The position numbers and the translations under genes are program-made. From NCBI GenBank assembly GCA_002687175.1, contig NYZP01000034.1, positions 27,951 to 91,950 of the forward strand: a stretch of DNA of 64,000 bases, written 5' to 3'. The DNA is from Parcubacteria group bacterium (GTDB taxonomy: Bacteria > Patescibacteriota > Patescibacteriia > Buchananbacterales > UBA6539). Below, piece by piece: positions 56,997 to 64,000 of the stretch; position 1 is the stretch's first letter, and each line of letters opens with the position of its first letter. The notes below the pieces were generated by a model. That model did no database searches and was not told the origin of the DNA. It worked only from the letters and a program-made list of their open reading frames with translations.

Positions 56997-56998
56997 AT

Positions 56999-57844
56999 AT
57001 GGGTATTAAAGTTTACAAACCAACTACTCCAGGTCGCCGAAAAACATCGGTTGATACTTTTTCTGATATTACCAAAAAACGACCAGAAAGAAAGTTAACT
57101 AAGATTAAAAAAAGACAAGGTGGTCGAAATGCTCAAGGTAGAATTACCGTTCGTCATCGAGGTGGGGGAGCAAAACAGTTTTATCGTTTAATTGATTATA
57201 AGCGAAATAAGTTTGATATGCCGGCCACTGTGAAAGCCATTGAATATGATCCAAACCGTAATGCTCGTATTGCTTTGGTTGAATATCAAGATGGTGAAAA
57301 ACGTTACATTATTTTACCAGTTGATCTTAAAGTTGGTGCTCAGGTTATTTCTTCAGAAAATCGGACAGAAATTCAACCTGGTAACCGTATGCCTCTTGAA
57401 CATTTGCCTTTAGGTTCAATAATTTATAATATTGAGATTACTCCTGGCAAGGGTGCCCAGTTAGTTAGAACGGCCGGATCTAATGCTAAATTAATGGCCG
57501 TTGAAGGAAAGTATGCTACAATCAGAATGCCTTCAGGAGAGGTTAGGTTAATTTCTAAAAAATCTCATGCCACCATTGGTCAAGTTTCTAACCCCGATGC
57601 GATGCATATCAGAATTGGTAAGGCTGGTCGTAAAAGACATATGGGTATTAGACCAACTGTTCGTGGTAAGGCAATGAATCCTGTTGATCATCCTCATGGT
57701 GGTGGTGAAGGAAGTAATCCAATTGGTCTTAAGGCACCAAAAACACCTTGGGGTAAAAAAGCCCTTGGAGTATTAACTAGAAAGAAGAAAAAATATTCTG
57801 ATAAATTTATTGTTAGAAATCGTAAAAAGAAGAGAAGAAAATAA
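56999..57844 (+). CDS. rplB: Ribosomal protein L2
   Basis: '[17 protein letters not shown]' and 'HPHGGGEG'. Confidence 0.95.
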   Translation: MGIKVYKPTTPGRRKTSVDTFSDITKKRPERKLTKIKKRQGGRNAQGRITVRHRGGGAKQFYRLIDYKRNKFDMPATVKAIEYDPNRNARIALVEYQDGEKRYIILPVDLKVGAQVISSENRTEIQPGNRMPLEHLPLGSIIYNIEITPGKGAQLVRTAGSNAKLMAVEGKYATIRMPSGEVRLISKKSHATIGQVSNPDAMHIRIGKAGRKRHMGIRPTVRGKAMNPVDHPHGGGEGSNPIGLKAPKTPWGKKALGVLTRKKKKYSDKFIVRNRKKKRRK

Positions 57845-57856
57845 TTATTTAAAAAT

Positions 57857-58195
57857 ATGCCAAGAAGTTTAAAAAAAGGTCCATACGTTAATGAAAGATT
57901 ATTAAAAAAACTCAAGAATTTAAAGCCGGGTGACAAAACGGTGGTAAAAACTTGGGATCGTGCCTGTATGATAACCCCAGAGATGGTTGGTTATACAGTG
58001 GGAGTTCATAACGGCAAAACACACGTTCCTGTTTTAGTTATCGAAAATATGGTTGGTCATCGCTTAGGTGAATTTTCACCAACCAGAAAGTTTATTATTC
58101 ATGGTGGTAAAATTGCTAAGGAACAACAAAAAGCGGCAGCCCAAAAAGCCGCTGATGATAGAAAGAAAGCCTTAGCTGCAGACGAAAAGAAATAA
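57857..58195 (+). CDS. rpsS: Ribosomal protein S19 (C-terminal A/K extension)
   Basis: '[10 protein letters not shown]' and '[11 protein letters not shown]'. Confidence 0.9.
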   Translation: MPRSLKKGPYVNERLLKKLKNLKPGDKTVVKTWDRACMITPEMVGYTVGVHNGKTHVPVLVIENMVGHRLGEFSPTRKFIIHGGKIAKEQQKAAAQKAADDRKKALAADEKK

Positions 58196-58205
58196 TTACA
58201 GATAA

Positions 58206-58856
58206 ATGGTAAAAGATGATAAAAAATTAAATAAAGATGTAGCTAAATCCGATAAAGCTAAAGTTGCTGTCAAGCAAGAAGCTAAAGCTGTAGAAAAAAA
58301 GGATGACAAGAAACAGACAATAGTCTCGGAAGTTAAGGCTAGTGCACGGTTTATTAAAATTGCACCACGCAAGGTTCGTTTAACGATTAATCAGTTAACA
58401 GGTCTAGAGGTTGAAAAATCTTTAGATCACTTAAAATTTGTACATAAAGGTGCGGTGAAGCCAGTTACCAAATTAATTAAATCAGCTATTGCTAATGCGG
58501 AAAATAATTTTAAATTAGATAAAAAGGATTTATTTATCAAAAAAATTGCGGCTGATGACGGCCCAATTATTAAAAGATTTAAACCAAGAGCTTATGGTCG
58601 TTCAGCCCCAATCAGAAAAAGAACCAGTCATATTTCGTTAATTTTAGGTGTTAAGGAAGGGGCCAAACTAAGAGTTGATACTAAAAAGGCTGATAAACAA
58701 GTTAAAAAAGAAGAAAGCAAAAAAGAGGAAGTTAAAGTAGTAAAACCAGAGGAAGTTAAGAAAGAAGGACCAAAGGGAAGCAATAAGGGACCAGAAGAAA
58801 AAGGTCAGAGCAAAGAAGGATTTTTAAAGGGAATGTTTAGGAGAAAAACAGGTTAA
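58206..58856 (+). CDS. rplV: Ribosomal protein L22 with N- and C-terminal K/E-rich extensions
   Basis: Core 'ARFIKIAPRKVRLTINQLTG...' located centrally. Confidence 0.8.
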   Translation: MVKDDKKLNKDVAKSDKAKVAVKQEAKAVEKKDDKKQTIVSEVKASARFIKIAPRKVRLTINQLTGLEVEKSLDHLKFVHKGAVKPVTKLIKSAIANAENNFKLDKKDLFIKKIAADDGPIIKRFKPRAYGRSAPIRKRTSHISLILGVKEGAKLRVDTKKADKQVKKEESKKEEVKVVKPEEVKKEGPKGSNKGPEEKGQSKEGFLKGMFRRKTG

Positions 58857-58870
58857 TAATTAAAATTACT

Positions 58871-59548
58871 ATGGGACAAAAAGTACATCCAAAAATATTT
58901 CGTATCGGCGGTGTTTACACCTGGAATTCAAAGTGGTTTTCTAAACGAGACTACGCTAAGTTTTTGCAGCAAGATATTTTAATTAGAAAATTTTTAAAAA
59001 GTGAATTAAAGGAAGCAGCAATATCTCAAGTTGAGATAGAACGTTCAGCTACTGTAACCACAGTGATAATTCATTCTGCTAAACCAGGCATCATCATTGG
59101 CCGTGGTGGTCAAGGCGTTGAACAATTAAAGAAAAAAGTTAAGGCTAAATTTTTGGAGCCCAAATCAAGTTTAAATATAAATATCAAAGAGATAACTAAC
59201 CCAAACATAGAAGCAGAACTTGTTGTTCAGTCTATTATTATAGATTTGGAAAAAAGAATGCCTTACCGTCGTGTAATGAAACAAGCTATTAACCGCGTGG
59301 AAAAAACTGAAGCTAAAGGTATTAAAATCATAGTTGCTGGAAGATTAAATGGTGCGGAAATTGCCAGAACAGAAACTTTGACTTCTGGTAGCTTACCATT
59401 ACACACCTTAAGAGCTGATATTAATTATTCCAGAGGAGTTGCTAGAACAACTTATGGTGCCATTGGTGTTAAAGTATGGATTTATCGTGGAGAAATATTT
59501 AAGAAAGACCAAGGCAAGAGCAATGAGTCACTAAATAAGACCAAGTAA
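58871..59548 (+). CDS. rpsC: Ribosomal protein S3
   Basis: '[13 protein letters not shown]' and the KH domain. Confidence 0.95.
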   Translation: MGQKVHPKIFRIGGVYTWNSKWFSKRDYAKFLQQDILIRKFLKSELKEAAISQVEIERSATVTTVIIHSAKPGIIIGRGGQGVEQLKKKVKAKFLEPKSSLNINIKEITNPNIEAELVVQSIIIDLEKRMPYRRVMKQAINRVEKTEAKGIKIIVAGRLNGAEIARTETLTSGSLPLHTLRADINYSRGVARTTYGAIGVKVWIYRGEIFKKDQGKSNESLNKTK

Positions 59549-59550
59549 TT

Positions 59551-59955
59551 ATGTTATCACCCAGAAAAGTAAAACATAGAAAATGGCATAAAGGTGTTTT
59601 AAGAGGTAATGCAACTTCTAATACTAAGATTAATTTTGGTAAATACGGAATAAAAGCCATGGGTAATTGTTGGTTAACTGCTCGTCAAATTGAGTCTGCT
59701 CGTAGAGCAATGACCCGTTTTGTTAAGCGTGGCGGTAAGATTTGGATTCGAGTTTTTCCTGATAAGCCAGTTACCAAAAAAGGTGAACAATCAACTATGG
59801 GTTCCGGTAAAGGAGCTGTTGATCATTACGTAGCAGTTATTAAACCAGGAATGATTTTATTTGAAATGGATGGTGTACCAGAAGATGTAGCCAAACAGGC
59901 CTTGCATTTGGCCGCTTATAAATTACCCGTCAAAACCAGTTTTGTTGTTAAATGA
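59551..59955 (+). CDS. rplP: Ribosomal protein L16
   Basis: '[15 protein letters not shown]'. Confidence 0.95.
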   Translation: MLSPRKVKHRKWHKGVLRGNATSNTKINFGKYGIKAMGNCWLTARQIESARRAMTRFVKRGGKIWIRVFPDKPVTKKGEQSTMGSGKGAVDHYVAVIKPGMILFEMDGVPEDVAKQALHLAAYKLPVKTSFVVK

Positions 59956-60062
59956 TAACTAGGTTGTAGCTTTTTAGCTTCTTAAGTTTTTAGGGGACTG
60001 GATCAAGTTCAGTAAAACAAAGTTTAAGAATCTAAAAAGCTAATAACCTAAAAACCTAAACT

Positions 60063-60311
60063 ATGAAGTATAAAGAGTTAAAAAATAAATCAGATAAAGA
60101 GCTTAATAAAATTTTGACTGACTGGCAGGAAAAATTAAGAGATTTAAAATTTAAAACAGCGGCTGATCAGTTGAAAAATATAAGAGAACTTAGAGATGTA
60201 AAAAAGACTATTGCTAAGACCATCTTTCTATTAAGCCAGAAAAATAAAGATAATGTTCCCGCGAAGGTAATCCAGATAAAAGATCAATCCAGTGATAATA
60301 AAACTAAATAA
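60063..60311 (+). CDS. rpmC: Ribosomal protein L29
   Basis: 'ELKNKSDKELNKIL..KLRDLKFK'. Confidence 0.8.
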   Translation: MKYKELKNKSDKELNKILTDWQEKLRDLKFKTAADQLKNIRELRDVKKTIAKTIFLLSQKNKDNVPAKVIQIKDQSSDNKTK

Positions 60312-60316
60312 TTTTT

Positions 60317-60577
60317 ATGACTACCGAAGATAAAAAAGACCATAAAAAGGTAACCAAAAGAAAATTTGAAGGAATTGTGGCTTCTGATAAAGGTGACAAA
60401 ACTATTATTGTTGAAGTCAGAAGAACAAAAATTCATTCAAAGTATTTAAAAAGATTTATTGTTTCTAAAAAATATGCTGTTCATGATCCGGCAAACAAGT
60501 ACAAGGTCGGTGATAAAGTTTCATTTGTTGAAACTAGGCCTATCAGTAAAAATAAACGGTGGATAGTTATTAACTAG
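60317..60577 (+). CDS. rpsQ: Ribosomal protein S17
   Basis: 'KFEGIVASDKGDKTIIVEV'. Confidence 0.85.
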   Translation: MTTEDKKDHKKVTKRKFEGIVASDKGDKTIIVEVRRTKIHSKYLKRFIVSKKYAVHDPANKYKVGDKVSFVETRPISKNKRWIVIN

Positions 60578-60591
60578 CCGTAAGATAAATT

Positions 60592-60963
60592 ATGATTCAA
60601 GTCCAAACAATGTTAAAAGTCGCTGATAATACTGGTGCTAAAAGGCTGCAATGTATTAAAGTTTTAGGTGGCACCAAAAGACGCTACGCCCATGTCGGTG
60701 ATTTAGTGACAGTTTCAGTTAAAGAAGCAGTACCACACAGCACGGTCAAGAAGGGGGAAGTATTGCATGCGGTGATTGTTCGGACGAGAAAAGAAATCAG
60801 ACGGACAGATGGTTCTTACGTTCGTTTTGGTGACAACGCTGCGGTGATTATTGATAAAAAAAGTAAAGAGCCTAAGGGTACCAGAATTTTTGGTCCTGTT
60901 GCTCGAGAGTTAAGAAACAAAGGATTTAGTAAAATTATATCATTAGCACCTGAAGTTTTATAG
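60592..60963 (+). CDS. rplN: Ribosomal protein L14
   Basis: '[17 protein letters not shown]'. Confidence 0.95.
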   Translation: MIQVQTMLKVADNTGAKRLQCIKVLGGTKRRYAHVGDLVTVSVKEAVPHSTVKKGEVLHAVIVRTRKEIRRTDGSYVRFGDNAAVIIDKKSKEPKGTRIFGPVARELRNKGFSKIISLAPEVL

Positions 60964-60968
60964 AATAT

Positions 60969-61277
60969 ATGAGAATTATAAAAGGCGATAAAGTAAAAAT
61001 ATTAAGTGGTAAAGACAAGGGCAAGATTGGTAAGGTATTGCAGATTTTTAATAAGAAAAATAGAGTAACAGTGGAAGGTGCTAATTTACTTTTTAAAAAT
61101 GTCCGTCCTAAAAAGCAAGGGGAAAAGGGACAACGAATTCAGTTTCCTTCTCCACTGATGGTTTCCAATGTAGCATTGGTTTGTCCGAAGTGTAATAAAC
61201 CAACCAGAGTAGGTTTTAAAATTTTAGAAGGCAAGACTAAAACTAGATCTTGCAAGAAATGTAAACAAACTATTTAA
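60969..61277 (+). CDS. rplX: Ribosomal protein L24 with a C-terminal CxxC...CxxC zinc-ribbon tail
   Basis: KOW 'IKGDKVKILSGKDKGKIGKV'. C-terminal 'CPKCNKPTRVGFKILEGKTKTRSCKKC'. Confidence 0.85.
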   Translation: MRIIKGDKVKILSGKDKGKIGKVLQIFNKKNRVTVEGANLLFKNVRPKKQGEKGQRIQFPSPLMVSNVALVCPKCNKPTRVGFKILEGKTKTRSCKKCKQTI

Positions 61278-61279
61278 AT

Positions 61280-61825
61280 ATGAGTAGAATTAAAGAAAAA
61301 TATAATAAAACAGTTATTGCGGCATTAACCGAGAAGTTTGGTTATAAAAATAAAATGGCAGTACCAAAAATTGAGAAGGTAGTGGTTAACGTTGGTACCG
61401 GTCGTGGTTTAAGCGATTCAAAGTTTAATCAAGTTGTTGAAGATACTTTGCAGAGAATAACTGGTCAAAAACCAGTTAAAGGAAGTGCCAAAAAATCAAT
61501 TTCTAATTTTAAAATCAGAGCTGGGCAAACTGTTGGTATGACTGTTACTTTACGTGGTCAAACCATGGATCACTTTATTGATAAGCTAGTTAATATTACT
61601 TTACCTCGAGTTAGAGATTTTCGTGGTTTAAATCATAAATCAGTTGACTCGCAGGGAAATTTAAATATTGGTTTTACCGAGCACATTGCTTTTCCAGAGA
61701 TTAAGTCTGATGAGGTTGAAAAAATTCATGGATTAGAGGTTGCAGTGGTGACTAGCGCTAAGACTAAAGAAGAGGGTTTAGAATTACTAACACTTTTGGG
61801 TTTTCCCTTCCAAAAACAGGAGTAA
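61280..61825 (+). CDS. rplE: Ribosomal protein L5
   Basis: 'RDFRGLN' and '[12 protein letters not shown]'. Confidence 0.95.
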   Translation: MSRIKEKYNKTVIAALTEKFGYKNKMAVPKIEKVVVNVGTGRGLSDSKFNQVVEDTLQRITGQKPVKGSAKKSISNFKIRAGQTVGMTVTLRGQTMDHFIDKLVNITLPRVRDFRGLNHKSVDSQGNLNIGFTEHIAFPEIKSDEVEKIHGLEVAVVTSAKTKEEGLELLTLLGFPFQKQE

Positions 61826-61827
61826 AT

Positions 61828-62013
61828 ATGGCAACATCAGCTAGAATAGCAAAATCAAAAAAGAAAGCTAAGTTTACCACGCGGGTAGTACATCGTTGTT
61901 GGCGTTGTGGTAGAAATCGAAGTTATATGAGAGACTTTAATCTATGCCGAATTTGCTTCAGAGAACTGGCCAATAATGGCCAAATACCCGGTGTTAGAAA
62001 ATCAAGTTGGTAA
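61828..62013 (+). CDS. rpsN: Ribosomal protein S14 type Z (zinc-binding)
   Basis: 61 aa with '[20 protein letters not shown]'. Confidence 0.9.
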   Translation: MATSARIAKSKKKAKFTTRVVHRCWRCGRNRSYMRDFNLCRICFRELANNGQIPGVRKSSW

Positions 62014-62036
62014 GATAAACTTTAAATAATATTTAT

Positions 62037-62438
62037 ATGACAGACCCAATTGCTGACATGCTTACAAGAATAAGAAACGCCCAGGCCGTTAGAAAGCCAG
62101 AGGTTGTTTTACCATTTTCAAAATTAAAAATGGCTGTCGCGGAAATTTTAAAAGAACAAGATTATATTAGAAAGATTGAAAAAATTGAAAAAGGTAATAA
62201 TGGTGGTAACCATGAAGAGCTGAAGTTAATTTTGAAATATCAAGGTAGTCAACCAGCCATTTCCATGTTAAAGAAAATAAGTAAACCGGGCCGTCGAATC
62301 TATGTTACGGCTGACAAATTACCAGTAGTTTTAAATAATTTTGGTATTGCCATTATTTCTACTTCTAATGGTCTAATGACCAATAAAGAAGCCAAAAAGA
62401 AAAAATTGGGTGGCGAAGTAATTTGTGAAATTCATTAA
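62037..62438 (+). CDS. rpsH: Ribosomal protein S8
   Basis: 'MTDPIADMLTRIRNA'. Confidence 0.95.
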   Translation: MTDPIADMLTRIRNAQAVRKPEVVLPFSKLKMAVAEILKEQDYIRKIEKIEKGNNGGNHEELKLILKYQGSQPAISMLKKISKPGRRIYVTADKLPVVLNNFGIAIISTSNGLMTNKEAKKKKLGGEVICEIH

Positions 62439-62991
62439 TATTATGAGTAGAGTAGGCAAACAACCAATAAAGATTCCCGAAGGCGTTGACGTTAAAGTTG
62501 AAGATTTTAACGTGAAAGTTAAAGGACCAAAAGGTGAGTTAAATCAACAAGTTCATCGCTTAGTTAATATTGATCAAAAAGATAATGAATTAATGGTGTC
62601 GGTAAAAAATCCAGAGGAAAAATTACAAAAATCTTTATGGGGATTATTCCAAAGATTAATTGTCAACATGATTACTGGTGTTACTGAAGGATATTCAAAA
62701 AAATTGGAAGTCAATGGTGTTGGCTATAAGGCAGCCGTCGCTGGCGACATTTTGAATTTGCAGCTTGGCTATTCTCATCCAATTGATTATAAAATTCCTG
62801 AAGGTATTAAAGTTGAGGTGGAAAAAAATGTTATTACTGTTTCCGGAATTGATAAACAACAAGTTGGCCAAATTTCCGCAGAGATTAGAGCAAAAAGAAA
62901 ACCAGAACCTTACAAAGGTAAAGGTATTAAATATGCTGACGAGGTGATCAGAAGAAAAGTTGGTAAGACCGCTTCCAAAGGGGCTGAATAA
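62425..62991 (+). CDS. rplF: Ribosomal protein L6
   Basis: 'SRVGKQPIKIPEGV'. Confidence 0.95.
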   Translation: MKFINIMSRVGKQPIKIPEGVDVKVEDFNVKVKGPKGELNQQVHRLVNIDQKDNELMVSVKNPEEKLQKSLWGLFQRLIVNMITGVTEGYSKKLEVNGVGYKAAVAGDILNLQLGYSHPIDYKIPEGIKVEVEKNVITVSGIDKQQVGQISAEIRAKRKPEPYKGKGIKYADEVIRRKVGKTASKGAE

Positions 62992-63002
62992 AAATTATTA
63001 CT

Positions 63003-63392
63003 ATGGCTAATAAAGAAAAAATTAAATTAGAGAAGAAAATTAGACGTAAAGGCCGAGTGCGGGTTAAAATTTCGGGAACCGCCAAGAAACCAAGGCTTAA
63101 TGTTTTTCGTAGTTTAAAACATATTTTTGTTCAATTAATTGATGATCAGAAAAGTGTTACGGTAGTTTCAGTTAAAGACTCCGAGATTTCCGCCAAAGGC
63201 GGATCCGCCTCTGGCGGAAAAGAAAGTAAAGTCAAAAAAACTGACATTGCATTTAAAGTAGGGGAACTAGTTGCTGTTAAAGCTAAAGAAAAAGGAATCA
63301 CCGAAATTGTTTTTGATAAATCTAGTAATAAATATCATGGCCGCATTAAAGCTGTAGCTGAAGGAGCCAGAAAAGGCGGCTTAATTTTTTAA
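63003..63392 (+). CDS. rplR: Ribosomal protein L18 carrying an in-frame palindromic-element insertion ('AKGGSASGGK')
   Basis: L18 core 'RLNVFRSLKHIFVQLIDD' and 'KVGELVAVKAKEKGITEIVFD'. The palindromic unit at 63188-63221 is identical in sequence family to 33941-33974. Confidence 0.85.
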   Translation: MANKEKIKLEKKIRRKGRVRVKISGTAKKPRLNVFRSLKHIFVQLIDDQKSVTVVSVKDSEISAKGGSASGGKESKVKKTDIAFKVGELVAVKAKEKGITEIVFDKSSNKYHGRIKAVAEGARKGGLIF

Positions 63393-63396
63393 AATT

Positions 63397-63960
63397 ATGG
63401 CAGATAATAAAAAAACCAGTAAATTTGGTAATGATAAAAGAGGTGGACGAGTAGTTGATCGTGAGTTTGATCAGGTTATCGTTGATATTGCCCGAGTGAC
63501 TCGAGTAATGGCTGGAGGCAAAAGAATGAGGTTTCGTGCTTGTGTGGCCATTGGTGACCGAAAAGGTAGAGTAGCCCAAGCCGTGGCAAAAGGAGCAGAT
63601 GTTACCTTGGCGGTTAATAAAGCAGTCGCTAAAGCTAAAAAGGTGATGATAACTGTACCAATCGTTAATGGTACCATTCCTCATCGAGTTGATATCAAGC
63701 TTGGTGCCGCTAAACTTTTGATCAAGCCGGCTCCTAAAGGAACAGGAATTATTGCTGGCGGAGCTGTGAGAACAGTTCTAGATTTGGCTGGTATTGCCGA
63801 TGTGGTGGCAAAAATATTAGGAACTAATAATAAGATTAACAACGTTAAAGCAACCATTGAAGCATTAAAAAGATTGAAACGAGTTGAGAAAACACCGGCT
63901 CAAGTTAAAGAAGAGCAGAAAAAAGTTGTTGAAACTGTTGAAAAAACCAAATCAGTATAA
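63397..63960 (+). CDS. rpsE: Ribosomal protein S5
   Basis: 'VVDIARVTRVMAGGKRMRFRACVAIGD'. Confidence 0.95.
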   Translation: MADNKKTSKFGNDKRGGRVVDREFDQVIVDIARVTRVMAGGKRMRFRACVAIGDRKGRVAQAVAKGADVTLAVNKAVAKAKKVMITVPIVNGTIPHRVDIKLGAAKLLIKPAPKGTGIIAGGAVRTVLDLAGIADVVAKILGTNNKINNVKATIEALKRLKRVEKTPAQVKEEQKKVVETVEKTKSV

Positions 63961-63963
63961 AAT

Positions 63964-64000
63964 ATGTCTGAACTATCCCTACACAATTTAAAGGTAAATA
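63964..64000 (+). CDS. rplO: 3'-partial ORF, probably ribosomal protein L15 (no L30 gene between rpsE and this ORF)
   Basis: 'MSELSLHNLKVN' resembles L15 N-termini, and the position follows rpsE. Confidence 0.35.
   Translation, partial: MSELSLHNLKVN

Noticed and set aside
1-64000. Searched for CRISPR arrays, rRNA genes and prophage structural genes.
   Set aside because: No regularly spaced short direct repeats with unique spacers, no 16S/23S signatures, and no capsid, terminase or portal-like ORFs were seen in this window.

Overview
This window is an AT-rich, tightly packed bacterial chromosome segment read from sequence alone. Its gene content suggests a small-genome Patescibacteria/CPR-like organism: r-proteins carry K/E/A-rich extensions, no L30 gene lies between rpsE and the next gene, there are giant Cys/Asp-rich surface proteins, and nucleotide salvage genes are prominent. 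That assignment is inference only. Left to right the window holds: two giant secreted Cys-rich proteins; two paralogous membrane proteins with N/T-rich linkers; ybeY-ftsA-ftsZ; a class II (B12-dependent) ribonucleotide reductase; and a cob(I)alamin adenosyltransferase whose 3' end is duplicated around a 1.7-kb insertion. Next come a GC-elevated stretch with a classic-clade AAA+ ATPase; a cobalamin riboswitch driving a four-gene putative B12-capture locus; prfB with its programmed +1 frameshift; sugar-nucleotide and purine/methionine salvage genes; a RAYT/IS200-like transposase; a split comEC; a palindrome-flanked GIY-YIG mini-element beside an unannotated Xis-type HTH ORF; a second accessory patch (43-46.4 kb) with ncRNA candidates and a tRNA-like element; and the str-S10-spc ribosomal operon (rpsL through rpsE). 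The items that most deserve follow-up are (i) the riboswitch-controlled, intrinsic-factor-like split B12-capture locus; (ii) the direct-repeat-bounded insertion at the cobO 3' end plus the adjacent AAA+ module; and (iii) a family of short GC-rich palindromic units inserted in-frame into housekeeping genes.
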